From positions 1,364,001 through 1,428,000 of the forward strand of contig CM035359.1 in the NCBI GenBank assembly GCA_020137815.1: a stretch of DNA of 64,000 nt, read 5' to 3'. This DNA comes from Hormiphora californensis (lineage: Eukaryota > Animalia > Ctenophora). The position numbers were made by a program, and so were the translations under genes. This document shows, piece by piece, positions 1-20,075 of the stretch. How positions within the stretch are numbered: the first letter of the stretch is position 1; each line of letters opens with the position of its first letter. Under the pieces are notes generated by a model that saw only the letters and a list, made by a program, of their open reading frames with translations, was not told the DNA's origin and searched no databases.

Positions 1-860
1 TATTATATCTAGGTTCAAGGTTGAGCAATTCAATCTCTTTCTTGATATAGATTTCTCTTTTCATAGATAAATTTTGCTATTACAGCTTCCGTATTTCAAG
101 ATAGCTTCCGTAATTTCCTATTTTAGGCCGTTTCCGTTTTATTATTGGCTTGGTTGTTAATTTTTCAATTCTATATCGACCCCCTCTTTGAGTCGTATAC
201 AAATAGGAAGACCAGGGCTGTTGCAATGAAGAAGCGTCTGTGAAGATGTTTCAAACAACAAAAGCTCCATCGCGGCAGATCTGATAGAGAGCGAGAACTG
301 GTGAATTATATTATTATTATCGCCCACCTTGCCTTTGTGTCACTTCCGGTTGTGTGGTTCTAGTCTCTCTCTTTCGAGCGATATAGCTCTGTTGGTCTCG
401 ATAGAACCTATAACATAGCTATTGGGAGCTTGGTAAAACAATTTCTCTTGGCCTAACCTACTTTTGATACTTTTGGTAAATTCATCCGATTCCGATTCCG
501 ACTATCTTTTACAGGATAGTCTGACCAAATCATATTATGCTGCCTACTGATGATTGCTTATATATTATTATTCAACCTAATTGATTACTCAGTACACAGC
601 ACTATAGCTTTCCTTTACCAACTCGTTCCCATTCGTCAATATATATAACAACTGTCAGACTTATTATTAATTAATTATTAATTAATTATTAATTAGGACA
701 TACACGTACTCGATCACCCGGGGCCACTAAGGGGACGATGTTAGTTGCTGAGAAAGAGAGCTTTTTAGTTCAATTATAGGTCAGACGGAACCAGAGCAAA
801 ATAATTTGTCCCGCGAGACATACTCTCCTACACACATGCTGAGAATGCAGGATAGAGAGA

Positions 861-910
<50 letters not shown>

Positions 911-1043
911 AAGCGTGGGAACTTATGTGTCTTATGTTCTATCTTAATTTCGCATGACACATTTTCCAGTTTCGCTACGTTTTGATGTCCCTTCTTGTGA
1001 CACGTGTCCTAAAATCTCCCATTTTCCCTAGATCTCTACTCTT

Positions 1044-4000
1044 ATGATGACTATGACTATTTTAAACCTTCTCTTCCTAACCATCCTGATAAACATTGCA
1101 AAAGGTAAATGAATAGAAATCATATTTTTCGAATAAATTATTTTCGGAAATTTATAATCAGTTTTTATTATCTGTCACAGATCGTAAAATGCTTTTCCCA
1201 CAGCAGACCATGGAAATCAGTATCACCAGATTGGGGTTAAACCCTTGGGATGTTGGATCCGAGACCAGCAGAATAAGCCTGCTATCTCTTCTTTTGAAAA
1301 ACAGAACCCACATGTCATGGATTCTTACTGGCTACGAACAGATCCTGTTATGGTAAGTTACTAATACCATAGTATACGTAATTGTGGGTTACTTGTGGTT
1401 AATAAAATATCATTAATGAGGCTAATAAAGTTGGAAACTACTAAGTTAAACACGCTAAATGATCTCGTACCCTCTTCAGGCATGTGCTAAAGCTGCCGCA
1501 GCGGAAGGATTTAACGTGTTTGCCGTTTCGAACCGAGGGTATTCCCGTGGAGGTTTGCCCATGGGGGGAGAGTGCTTCACCTCCTGTTCTGCGGCCAAGG
1601 ATTTCGCTCAGTATGGGAAATGGAAAGCAAGATGCGCTGAAGGGACTGGAGGACTTCTCTCCATGGATGTGTATAGTCTTGATGGTACGTCCACAAATAC
1701 TGCATCCGTTCGATATGATACTGTTCCGTTCAAAGATAATAATTATAGGGATGTCATTGAACCTTAAAATCACAAATCTTCCAGTGAAGGTTTTTTAACA
1801 TCCCAAATCTTGCAGTGAAAACTTCCTAAAGTCCCAAATCTTCCAGTGAAAACTTCCTAAAGTCCCAAATCTTCCAGTGAAAACTTCCTAAAGTCCCAAA
1901 TCTTCCAGCGAAAACTTCCTAAAGTCCCAAATCTTACAGCGAAAACTTCCTAAAGTCCCAAATCTTCCAGTGAAAACTTCCCAAAGTCCCAAATCTTCCA
2001 GTGAAAACTTCCCAAAGTCCCAAATCTTCCAGTGAAGACTTTCTAACATCCCAAATCTTCCAGTGACTACTCATCTCGGGTGCATCAAGAACAGTCTTCG
2101 TGGGTACGCCATCCCCGACATGGAGGGGAGTCACACGGCGTTATTCGGACAACCACACCACCGGGAACATGCTATTGAAAAATGTGCCGCCGTAGCCCGC
2201 AGCAAGGGTAAGTGTTGGTGATCTGCACCATGTACTTTTTGGGTGATGTGATTTCCACCATGTTCTTTTTGGGAGATGCAAAACAACCGATTCTAATTCA
2301 AGTCCTTGGAAAGACTGACGGGTTTTTAATTTAACACCATTATCCAGGATACACAGTATTCGGAATTACCAAGGGAGGACGATGCCTGGCGAGTGGTGAT
2401 GCTTACAAGAGGTACACTGCACTTAGCTCCTCATCCGGTTCTGGAATCAACTGCGAAGAGGGAAAAGGTACGTTTTATTTTACACTCGACAAAATCAATC
2501 CTGAGCTACCCTTGCGGTTGATTTTTACATGAGTCTTGAGCCCCACGTCTTGTCCACTACATACTTTGTTTGGTATCTTAATCCGCATTCACCTTTAGAA
2601 TATCTTTAGTATGCCTCATCGTTAGATGCACTACCGAGCTAGGTATCTGTATTCTGCATTAGAAACATGACACGCTCACATGATCACATATAATACTATA
2701 ATGATCATGATTCATAATATGTATATGATCATAAGCCTGAAAAATGCCTTTGGTACACATTCCGGAAAAAGTTACGGTATATGACATGTTTGAGTCTGCC
2801 CCTGTCTAGATTCCCTCGATCTCTCTCGCACTCTCTCTATATATCATCATTCACGGATATATATTTTTTATCCAGTATTATGCAGACAACCAAAGCAATT
2901 CTCCGGCGTGTCACATGAGCTGGGTGATGCAGTAACCCTCGTGCTCCTATTATATAATCATCCAACTCAGGGCACAGCCAGGAATTCGAAAATATACGCA
3001 TAATATTATAACATAATGGCATTCTTAGAAGAGCTTTGGGAATGTAAGATGCTCGAGAATTTCTAGCTATGATGTCATGAAAGAAAATCGAATAGAAAAA
3101 AGGGGAAAAGGAAACTAGCAAATGTGTATATGTAATTAAATGCCAAAATCGAGTTTTTGTAACAAGGCTTCCCATTTCCATTAACAGTATATAGCCTACT
3201 GTGGGTTAAATTTGCCCACACGCATATAAAACGGTATCTGTAGGCCATAGTTTTCATTCAATCTGCCTAGCATTTCTTAAGTCTTACTTTTTGACAATTA
3301 TCTCTCTGATGATATGAATAATGAAAACCAACTGTATAAGGCGATTGATTTATTAGCGATTTGTCAAGCGTTACTCATGGTGGTGACATCTCATTGGCTG
3401 AAAAACACTCACATGGGAAGGGTTCACATGTCATAAATCGAACACGTGATATGGTTTCACCACCTGTCATCGTCCAATGGTCTGTAGTGCACTACCCATG
3501 TGATAGGGGCCAGGATGGGGAATGGGGGATGCACTGATCACGTGTACTAAGAGGTGTTGACATCTTGCCCTGTCACGTGATAACTGGTGCTCTATAGTGC
3601 ATATTTGAGTGAGCTGTATAAAATGCAAGCAAACCCCATTAAGATCACTGATTATACAAATTATCATTTGTTCATGTGAGAGACAAGTGTTATGGCTATC
3701 GTTAGATATAAGTTTTAGATTGAAAAGTCAATCCAAAAGCGAAATATGGGCCTTAGAGTGTCGTGTGGGCAATATTAACCCACAATAGGCGGCTCTTATA
3801 CCCCTGCGGCTGGAAACTGTATAGGCACTCCCTTTATCCCATCATCTTCATTAAATTTGTACGTTCTTAGCAGTCTTTTAATCTAAATGCTAACAAGATC
3901 ATCATCTCAAATATATGCTAACATAGCCCAAATCATGTAAACCATTATTATTTTAGCTAATGCGTTACCCAAAGATGTTTCAGGTTCAGAACACTCTATC

Positions 4001-4280
4001 TCAGTGCACTTGATAGTAGGAATAACGGAGTTCGATCAGGAACCGATCAACAACAGTGGACGGAGGAGAAACAATGTTGGTAAGTACCTTTCTCGTAGCT
4101 GAATGATTTAATTCTCAATCGATTCCACCAATATATCAACTTGATATTATCAAGATCTGATTTTTGAATGAGGATTTCACCAATAACAATTTACTAAATA
4201 ACATTGCCGAATAAAATCTCGTATTATTTTGTAAATAACATTGTCCCTTTTTAGCGAGGAGGCAACGAAACAGAGAATAG
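1044..4280 (+). CDS. Secreted protein with two WSC-like cysteine-rich domains (~266 aa, 7 exons)
   Basis: Phase-consistent GT-AG exons 1044-1104, 1204-1352, 1480-1684, 2064-2207, 2348-2467, 3984-4079, 4255-4280. Signal peptide MMTMTILNLLFLTILINIAKA. Two repeats of LGC...AI..C A..A...G(F/Y).VF.....GG.C...C.EG.G. Confidence 0.8.
1774..2066. repeat. 31-bp minisatellite (10 copies); the last copy supplies the exon-4 splice acceptor
   Basis: Unit AAATCTTCCAGTGAAAACTTCCTAAAGTCCC at 31-bp period. The final TTCCAG|TG at 2063/2064 opens the coding exon VTTHLGC. Confidence 0.9.
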
Positions 4281-4777
4281 TTGCATGCTAGGAGCTGTAC
4301 GGATACCGTACCTAATAATACCGACAAAGACCCATAAAACTAGGAAAGAGGAAGAGGGGGACGGAGTTGAACCTCGCCTACCAGAGAGAGAGTTAGGAGA
4401 AGGTGCGAAGACCAGGAGCAAAGAAAGAACCAATATTCGATCAATAAGACCTTGATACGAATTTGTGGAATAAGATCACGCTCAGCGATGAAATGTAGGA
4501 GAAATGGAAAAAGGATTGTTTGAAAACAATAATTTATAGAGCAAAGTTTTCTTTGTTATAGACGCTAATTATAAAATAGGTCCCATTGTTATAAATACTG
4601 TCATAAATTTATGACAGTGTCATAGGCTGCTACTAAAGGATTTCCAATTCCTGCATGAATATTATGTTATGTTCGTTAGGTTGTTATGGCTTTTGGAAAG
4701 CTTAGGAAGTATCTAAAGCAAAACAACTGTTTTTCGGTTACTATGTTCAGAGAGGGGGAGAGAGAAGGGAGAGAGAG

Positions 4778-4835
<58 letters not shown>

Positions 4836-4923
4836 TAGAGAGAGAAAGATAGAGAGAGACAGAGAGAACCTAATTGGGATAATTTTGGGCTAAAACCGTT
4901 GTTTTGTTTCGTCTCAGCGATCC

Positions 4924-4958
<35 letters not shown>

Positions 4959-5691
4959 CTATTATATATATATAGTTTTGTCACGATATTTATTGCTGAT
5001 ATATCTGGAGAGAGAGAGTCATGATCGCTGGCCGATAAACTTTCTGCGATGATTATATAAGTTTTTTAGGTCAATTTTAATTTGTAAAACGTCAATTAGC
5101 GATTAACACATTATTTTTCTCGCATACTTGTGAAACGCGTGTAAGATGAGCGCGGGAGTGTGAGTATAAAGCGTGTCACTATAATAACTTATTTTTTGTG
5201 TTAATCTGTTTTGTGTTTTATGCGTCAGTAGGATTTATGAGTTATATTAATCTGCTGTATAACTTAGATTATTATATTTGTGCCTCAATATGCCCAGTAT
5301 ACATTAGCTGTAACATGTAAATAATAACCTTAACACTTTGCTTAAATTTTAGTTTTAATACCCCTAAATACAGCTGTTATATATGATTGTCTCAAACAAT
5401 ATATTCATGTAGTGTACTTACATTTCAGATTGATGTTAAATCTTTCTCATCAACACCACAATCCCTGCACGTTGAGTAAAATAAAACTCAAAAAGTGAAA
5501 CACATTATATTTCACGAAAAGTAATTCTAATTTGAATAAAAAAGGTTCCAAATATATCTAAGCAGCACACAAACCTCGTTTTCCCGACTGGTTCAGCCGC
5601 ATCAGACACATGGACAGCAACATGAAGAGCTACACAACATATAACACGCTATGACGTCATAATGTGACGTCATGACAAACAGCTCTCATTG

Positions 5692-6976
5692 TCATATGAT
5701 GGTGCAGGTTTTAGACTTGGAGTTTCCGTGACGATCCGAGCCACTGCCGCTCACGTCGTAGTCCTGTCGAGGGGAGGGGTCGGAGAAATGAGACAGCATG
5801 TATTCCTTCTGTGGTGGGGAGGGTAGAGATAGATTGGGGCGGTGGGATGGGGTTGAGGGGAGGGGAGGGGGTGGAGGGGTGGAGGGGAGGAGGGGAGGGG
5901 TCGGAGAAATGAGACAGAATGTATTCCTTCTGTGGTGGGGAGGGTAGAGATAGATTGGGGCGGTGGGGTGGAGGTTGAGGGGAGGGTAGAGGGGAGGAGG
6001 GGTGGAGGGGAGGGATCGAAGAAATGAGACAGCATGTATTCCTTCTGTGGTGGGGAGGGTAGAGATAGATTGGGGTGGGGGTGGGGTTGAGGGGAGGGGG
6101 TGGAGGGGAGGGATCGAAGAAATGAGACAGCATGTATTCCTTCTGTGGTGGGGAGGGTAGAGATAGATTGGGGCGGTGGGGTGGGGTTGAGGGGTGATGG
6201 GTGAGGGGGAGGAGGGGGTGGAGGGGAGGGGTCGGAGAAATGAGACAGCATGTATTCCTTCTGTGGTGGGGAGGGTAGAGATATATTGGGATGGTGGGGT
6301 GGGGTTGAGGGGTGGGGGTGGAGGGGAGGGGTCGGAGAAATGAGGCAGCATGTATTCCTTCTGTGGTGGGGAGGGTAGAGATAGATTGGGATGGTGGGGT
6401 GGGGTTGAGGGGTGGGGGTGGAGGGGAGGAGGGGGTGGAGGGGAGGGGTCGGAGAAGTGAGACAGCATGTATTCCTTCTGTGGTGGGGAGGGTAGAGATA
6501 GATTGGGGCGGTGGGGTGGGGTTGAGGGGAGGGGAGGGGTGGAGGGGAGGGGTCGGAGAAATGAGACAGCATGTATGGTAGGGAGGGGAGATTCGAGTAC
6601 CGAGAATAGGGAGATCGGGCCGGCGGAGATCTCGGGAAATGTTGGAGGAGGGACGAAGGTAGATCTATATTGGGGTATCATGGAGATGTGGAGGAAAAGG
6701 GTAAAGAGATGTTGGGGAAGGGAATGGATATCATGGGGTAAGTGGAGACGGGGAACCGTCATAGATTTACTCGACATTGGGGGAGATGGGAAGAGATTTG
6801 ACAGTAATTAACCAATTAATTACCTGTGAGTTAGATCGGGAAGGATTTGATTCCATGCTGCTGGATGATCGGGGCTTCTGAGATTTTTGAAGTTGTTCCA
6901 TTGTATCGTTGTTTACTTGAAACGACTGAAATTATTGTTACAATGTTACGTTTTATTAACACTAAAATAATCAAAC

Positions 6977-7007
<31 letters not shown>

Positions 7008-7448
7008 GCCTGTCTGTCTGTCTCACCTGTTCGAGACCATTGTTTCGGAGGTGCATATGGTTCAGTTCTTCCTCCAGATTTCGCCTCAGCTGGTGTGACT
7101 CCGCTAGCTCCTGGTTCCGTTCCGTTATCGTGCCTGTTTGGAGGCGGGAGGGGGCTTTGGGGGGGGGGGGCTTGGGAGGGGTAGGAGGGGAGTGGGAGGG
7201 GGCTTAGGAGGGGAGTTAGAGGGGAGTGTGAGGTGAGTGTGAGGTGAGTGTGAGGGGGCTTGGGAGGGGGAGTGGGAGTGGGAGGGGGATCGGAGGAGTG
7301 GGAGGGGATTTGGAGGGGAGACGGGAGTGTGGGGAGTAGGATGGGAAAGTAGACAAATAACGAACAATTTTTTACCTCGTAGCCCCTTTATCTCATCATC
7401 AAGCTCCCTCTTCCTGATCCTCAAAGTATTCAGAATCTCTGTTGCCAT
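5692..7448 (-). CDS. Small coiled-coil protein with C-terminal CaaX box (132 aa, 4 exons)
   Basis: Exons 7448-7376, 7133-7027, 6925-6824, 5808-5692 join in phase: MATEILNTLRIRKRELDDEIKGLRGTITERNQELAESHQLRRNLEEEL...NGLEQ...KSKTCTII*. Confidence 0.85.
5770..6575. repeat. ~100-120-bp G-rich minisatellite (~7 copies) duplicating the last acceptor plus exon start of the CaaX gene
   Basis: Repeated GGAGAAATGAGACAGCATGTATTCCTTCTGTGGTGGGGAGGGTAGAGATAGATTGGG, which reads ...CCACCACAG|AAGGAATACATG on the minus strand. Confidence 0.9.
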
Positions 7449-7586
7449 GACTATTATAGGGAGTTTGGTATAAAGCGCAGTAGCAATTTAAAAGTTATTA
7501 TAGGTATCAAGGTTTAGTAGTTAGACTCAACATATATTTTATTTAGTATTTGGTATGGCAATAATGAGGAGTATTACATGTGTATA

Positions 7587-9150
7587 CAGGGTGTCCCATA
7601 TATTCTCCGGGTCGGTTGGCGAGCTGTCATGCAAAAACGGTGATAGTTGTGTGAAAACAAACTGCGGGAGTGTGCTGGATTAATTCCTTCCTAACTGATG
7701 GCTTTGTTTTAAAATTAAATTTCAAAAGTTCATTTTTCATTAATGAACATTGCTGCCGTTCATTCATGAATTCTGAAATATTGTTTACCTTGAGTAAGTA
7801 ACTTTTCTTTGGCTCGCAATCATCTTTCCAATGAGCACCATAAAACTCAGATTAAAGCACCAGGTCACATGACAGTTGAGAAAATGAACATGCATGATTT
7901 TGGCTCTTTTTGCGACTTTCAATCGGCTGTATCACCGCTACCTTATCTTCAATCTTTTTGAAACTTTGGGTGAACATTGGATAAGCAAAGATCTTTGCTC
8001 ACAAGAAAAATCAAGGTCAAAACTCAAAGTTCATTTTTAAGTTTTGGTAGTTCATTCCACTCATTCAGGAACCAACAGCCCTAAAGTGATGAAAAGTGTT
8101 GGATTTTGTTTGGCCCATGTCCTGCAATGACAGAGGGGTGTAGTAACGTGTTTCCGAGCTAGTTAGTGGGTGCCATGTGATCATGACGATATCTGACACC
8201 TTCGTTGAGCAATAATTAAGAGATTTTCTCAAATTAAAGCATGTGATTCGGGTCTTCTGCGATTGGTATCGTGCAGCAATCTTGAGAGATCTCATAGCAC
8301 CTCAAAAATGATGATAAGTTCAATGAATTGAGTTGATTTGTTATCAATAAGATTAAAACCGATGCCACATTGAACTCAACGACCATTTTCGATCATAAAT
8401 CAACTCATTTCATTGAACTAACCATCATTTTCGAGGGGCTATGAGATCTCTCAAGATTGCTGCACGATACCAATAACAGAAAACTCAAATCACATGCTTG
8501 AATTCGAGAAAATGTCTTAATTATGGCTCAGCGAAGGTATCAGGTAACACCAAGATCACATGGACCCCCACTAACTACCTCTGAAACACGTCACTACACC
8601 TCTCTGTCATTGTAGGACATGGACCAAACAAAATCCAACACTTTTCATCACTTTAGTGTTGTTGGTTCCTGAATGAGTGGAATGAACTACCAAAACTTAA
8701 ACATGAACTTTGAGTTTTGACCTTGATTTTTCTTGTGAGCAAAGATCTTTGCTTATCCAATGTTCACCCAAAGTTTCAAAAATATTGAAGATAAGGTAGC
8801 GGTGATACAGCCGATTGAAAGTCGCAAAAAGAGCCAAAATCATGCATGTTCATTTTCTCAACTGTCATGTGACCTGGTGCTTTAATTTGAGTTTTATGGT
8901 GCTCATTGGAAAGATAATTGCGAGCCAAAGAAAAGTTACTTACTCAAGGTAAACAATATTTCAGAATTCATGAATGAACGGCAGCAATGTTCATTCATGA
9001 AAAATGAACTTTTGAAATTTAATTTTAAAACAAAGCCATCAGTTAGGAAGGAATTAATCCAGCACACTCCCGCAGTTTGTTTTCACACAACTATCACCGT
9101 TTTTGCGTGACAGCTCGCCAACCGACCCGGAGAATATATGGGACACCCTG
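7587..9150. mobile_element. 1.56-kb foldback (almost fully palindromic) non-autonomous Tc1/mariner-type element
   Basis: TA|CAGGGTGTCCCATATATTCTCCGGGTCGG ... CCGACCCGGAGAATATATGGGACACCCTG|TA. Arms are reverse complements to the centre (~8370). No transposase ORF. Confidence 0.9.
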
Positions 9151-9322
9151 TAATAACAAAAAAATGCCAAGCTACACATCATATGAACAGTTCACTACAT
9201 AATATGCTACAAAGACATGTCACGCTCAAAAACAAAAAGACACACTTCATCTAGATCTACAAGTTATCTTGTCATATCTCTACTCACACTTTTGCTACAA
9301 AAATATTACATTCCTACAAAAG

Positions 9323-9370
9323 ACAGTTGGACCCCGATTTACAGGAGTATATGCCCGGTAAATCGGGGTC
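9323..9370. mobile_element. Truncated CAGTCGGACCCCGATTTACCGG-family MITE
   Basis: CAGTTGGACCCCGATTTAC...CCCGGTAAATCGGGGTC. Same family as 13471, 15238 and 21259. Confidence 0.6.
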
Positions 9371-9554
9371 AAAACATGCAATTGAGTCAAATAAGGCTGA
9401 GTCAAATAAATATAACTGATCACTGGATATTAGTCAAGCTCCACCCCTGCAGCTGTGATTACAAATTGTCCCACAGAACTTCTTGATCTCGATCTTTATT
9501 AATTGATTAATTAATTAGTTGATAGCTGTTGTTAATAACTTAATGAGTGTCTCA

Positions 9555-16079
<6,525 letters not shown>

Positions 16080-17003
16080 GTTGAGGGAAGGAACAGGTGA
16101 TTGGACACCAAACTTTTGATAAACAAGGCACAAATCCGCTCGCAATCCTACATCAAAATCTGAAGAAATGTTAATTTTGAAATTATAAGGGGAGGGACTG
16201 TTCAAATTTCCCACGCTCTGCTTGGCTAAATGCCGAAAAAGTGAACTTCCTAATCAATCATTGCGCGCGCCCGTTCCGTTCATTATGACTGTGGAATTGT
16301 CTGGCTGTCTGGGAAAACTCTAGAGTTGTCCGGAGTGCGGACACAGATTGCCTTGCAAAAACAATCAGTATGTCAATACTCAAGCGACTCAAGAAAGTTG
16401 ATCACCAGAGATTAAACCCTTGACTTCCCAGACTGGCAAGAAAATCAAAATCAAAATCAATGACGGTCCCAATAAAAACTAAGGAGGGCCTGAAGATTCG
16501 ATTGGCCTACCTTGGGCTGCCTGAGTAGTCGCACGAACGAAATCTGAAATATAAACACTGTTTCAACCGGTTTAAATTCAACTACACATGAGCAACGGTC
16601 ACGGCAACTAACAAAATTAGAAAAATTCGGCAAATTGTAATTTAAAGTCACCTTGAAATTTGTCCTCGTGAGAAACAAAATCTTCAACCTATAAAACATG
16701 GGAGAGAGAGAGCTTATCAAGAATTTAAATTAACATCACACAAAATTACGATTTCACACAAAATTACGATTTCACAGCCATTACAATTGTTCACATGTCA
16801 CGTTTTAGCTTGGGGAGAATTATCAAAGAAGTGAGAATAATATAGTTACAAAAAGGTACAACGTGCTCGCGGGTCTCGCTGTCACATAGGGAAGATCAAT
16901 AAAGAAGCATATGAGCAGGTTCATATTGACCCTAATAAAGTGGTACCCGTGGAGTCTCTTTTTTCTCTCTCTCTCTCTATCTCTCTCTCTCTCTCACTCT
17001 CTC

Positions 17004-17052
<49 letters not shown>

Positions 17053-18391
17053 GTTCCTCTCCATCTGTCTCTCTTACTACCTGTGCCTCTCTTTCTCCCC
17101 TCTCCCTCTCCAGTCTCCCTCCCTATCCCTCTCTCGCTTTCTGGCTTTCCTCTTTCGCTAGCCACGGTATAACACAGGATATTGTTCTGTCAGTCCATCG
17201 GACTTTGACGGACGGAGAGAGAGAGAGAGATAGCGCCGTGACAGGGGTGGAGAGAATGAGATAGAGAACGTGGTTATCCCATCACAACCGGGGAGGTAGA
17301 CACTTGAATCAGCTTAGTGCCCCAGAACGAGGGAGAGATGGATATAGGGGAGTAGATGACGTGAGAGGAAGGATATAGGAGAAATACCAAAAATCGGTGA
17401 CGAAAGCTTCAAAGGGCGACCACCAGCAAAATTACGCTATCTAGCTCCAGAGCTGTCACTGTTAAAGCACACCCCAAAGAAACAGCCAGCACAATATAGG
17501 ACACTAAAATAGGGTCTGTCAGCAGTGTCGCATCAGTTTCAAAATCTCCGCACAAACGACTAGCACAAAATGACCAACATGCAAAGAATTGCTTGCTGTT
17601 CAGTTTGTTTTTATTTTAGCGACTGTCGACTTGAAACAAAGTATGTATATCGTTTTTTGAGAATTTAATTTTCGATATCTAGGTCAAAACTAGACGAACA
17701 AGAATAATTACTGCATTATGTTTCATATATAATGCAAATGCTGTGTTTCATACAGCCAGCACTTATAATTAAGTTTTACGATCTAGAAGTATAATTTCAT
17801 ATTCTTTCACCGACGACAGACAGAAGACGATCTGGTGGTGATTCCGAAAGGATGATCCGGCACTATGCTGTCTCGCCTGTTCGGCGAGACTTGGCTGTGT
17901 GACTGTTTACAGTCCCAGATGAGCGGCCCAAACCAAACCACTGAAAGACACTGAAAGGTCAACATATTTGATATAGGTGCAAGTCACGTCTACTGATGAT
18001 TGGTGTCTCCCCGTATAAATAGGTGCGTGCATGAAAACCACGCCTAGATTTTCTTACCACACAGATGCAAAGCTCGTTTCATAAAAGCCCATATTTGGAC
18101 AAAAAAACAGTTTTAACAATATTCAGCACCCTGCTTCTAGAATACAATAAACCCTGGCAGATGCACTCATGGTCTCTTGAAAAATAGAGGACAAGATAAT
18201 ATTTCATCACAAACACTCAAGGCCAGTTTTAGATAGTTTCAGATATATATGTATTCAAAAAATCCAATAGAGTGAAAACAGTAAGGGGTAGATATTGGGG
18301 CCTGTAGTGGATCGAGCACAACCAATTTCACCTGTCAAAATTACACACTCTGAGAAAGAGAGAGGAGAGAGAGAGAGAGAGAGTGAGAAAA

Positions 18392-18425
<34 letters not shown>

Positions 18426-19639
18426 AGCGAGAGAGAGTGAGGGAGAGAGAGGGAGAGAGATAGCCTAGCAGGGACAAAAAATAGAGAAATTGGGTCAGAC
18501 GGTATGAAATGTACAGTTCCGACCGAAAGTCCTTTCTATGTCCGTAGGACGAAAATAAGGTCGATTATTAGTTCTTCCACCATAGAAAAGGCTATAACAG
18601 CAGAAGGTACTATTAAGGTGAGGGCAGGCACCACCGAGCCAAAGAAAAGACCGTCCTCTTCGGCCCGTTGCGGCTACGTCAGGCCGCATAGCGAGGACGG
18701 TCTTACCCCATGCCAAAAGGTCTACTTGGATCTGGGCTTTATGGAATCGGAATGTCGCCTGGAAAGCCATAGAAAGAGATCCCTGAGCCAAGGCAGCAAT
18801 GTTCTGGGACTCAGTTGAGCCTGCAGAGGTCGCTTTGGTAATCTTTGCGGCTACAAGACCGTTCTTCTTGGATGATCTTTGGCAGTAACCATCAGAGCCA
18901 GTGTAGGAGTAATCAGAGGTAGGTGCCAGTCGTCCAACCATATAACGGAATATTTGTAACAATCATCGGGCCATCCACCATTGCATCCGTCTTTGTAGCC
19001 GTAGGTGCAGTCCAGGTACTCCTGCTCGGCGAAATTTCTCAGTACGCCTGCTTTGGAAGCGTACCTCGTCTCCAGACCTCCGACAGCTGCAAAAGTCCAG
19101 CAAGATCCACAGGAACCCTGGTTTTTCACTGGTGTCACCTTTCCCTCGTTGGTCCATAGTTTCTCACTGGGAACAGATCCTCGCTTCGCTAGGAGATCTT
19201 CGTCAGCACCCTCATCGTTCTCATGTCCGGTAATGTTGAGTCCCAGGTAGGATTCCTTCTCAGCCTCCGCCATCGTGGAGAACATGTTGAGTGCGAAGTG
19301 GGCGGTCTCTCCCTCAACATCATTCTCACTGGCTACGAAATGGGCATTCAGTTTGAACAGCCTGAACCTCATTCCTTCCTCGGCAGAGCTAAACTGGAGG
19401 TGCTGCTCTCCCTTGAACTTCTTGTAGAGCTCCAGGGTCTTGGTGGGACTTTGCAGGATAGCCTTCAGCCCAGTGTCAAAGTATCTCAATCCGACTAGGA
19501 TCCTGAATTTAAAAAAAATTGACTAGGATGGAAACAAATTTTTCTATTTTAATAATTAAGTTTCAACGCATTGATTAATTAACTTGATTATTATATAAAA
19601 AACAAAAGATTTAAAAAAAATAACGTTTTGGATTTTTGT

Positions 19640-19708
19640 CAAGCCTGAGGATCGATCCCGGGTCTCCCGCTTGATAAGCGAGAATAATACCACTAGACCA
19701 CCAACCTT
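19640..19708 (-). other. tRNA-like (pol III A/B box) sequence inside the MITE
   Basis: Minus strand GGTGGTCTAGTGGTATTATTCTCGCTTATCAAGCGGGAGACCCGGGATCGATCCTCAGGC has an A box and a B-box-like GGATCGATCC. Acceptor stem is imperfect. Confidence 0.5.
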
Positions 19709-19999
19709 GTGCTCATTTCACTATTCAGCGCTCTATATAATGTTTGGATCTCTAGTCTACAAAGCATGACTTTTGAGCAATTAGTTTATCGTGCGCTGCG
19801 GGATCCGTGACTATCACAGGCTACCTCCTAGGCTCCCTCTCTACCGACTAGAGATCCTGACATCGATGAGCGAGATCTCACACATATGTACTGACAAGCG
19901 TTCTTCTATGATATTGTGATGTTATCACTATCAGTGTCATGTCACAACACACTGGTATGAATAAAGAGAGAAAAAATCATGAAAGTAAAAAGTAAGCCA

Positions 20000-20075
20000 A
20001 ATCACCCCATCCTGATTCGAACCCTGATCATCGGGGTGAGACTGGGAGTCCATGGTGTAACCACTACACCACTGA
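20000..20075 (-). other. Second tRNA-like/SINE-head sequence inside the MITE
   Basis: Minus strand AGTGGTGTAGTGGTTACACC...GGGTTCGAATC (A and B boxes). Confidence 0.5.

Noticed and set aside
17820-18340. Possible remaining cathepsin exons
   Set aside because: No NHAV or KNSWG-like motifs found in the frames read, so the exon-like stretches could not be assigned.
19640-20075. Functional tRNA genes
   Set aside because: Acceptor and anticodon arms are not canonical, and both lie within a transposon.
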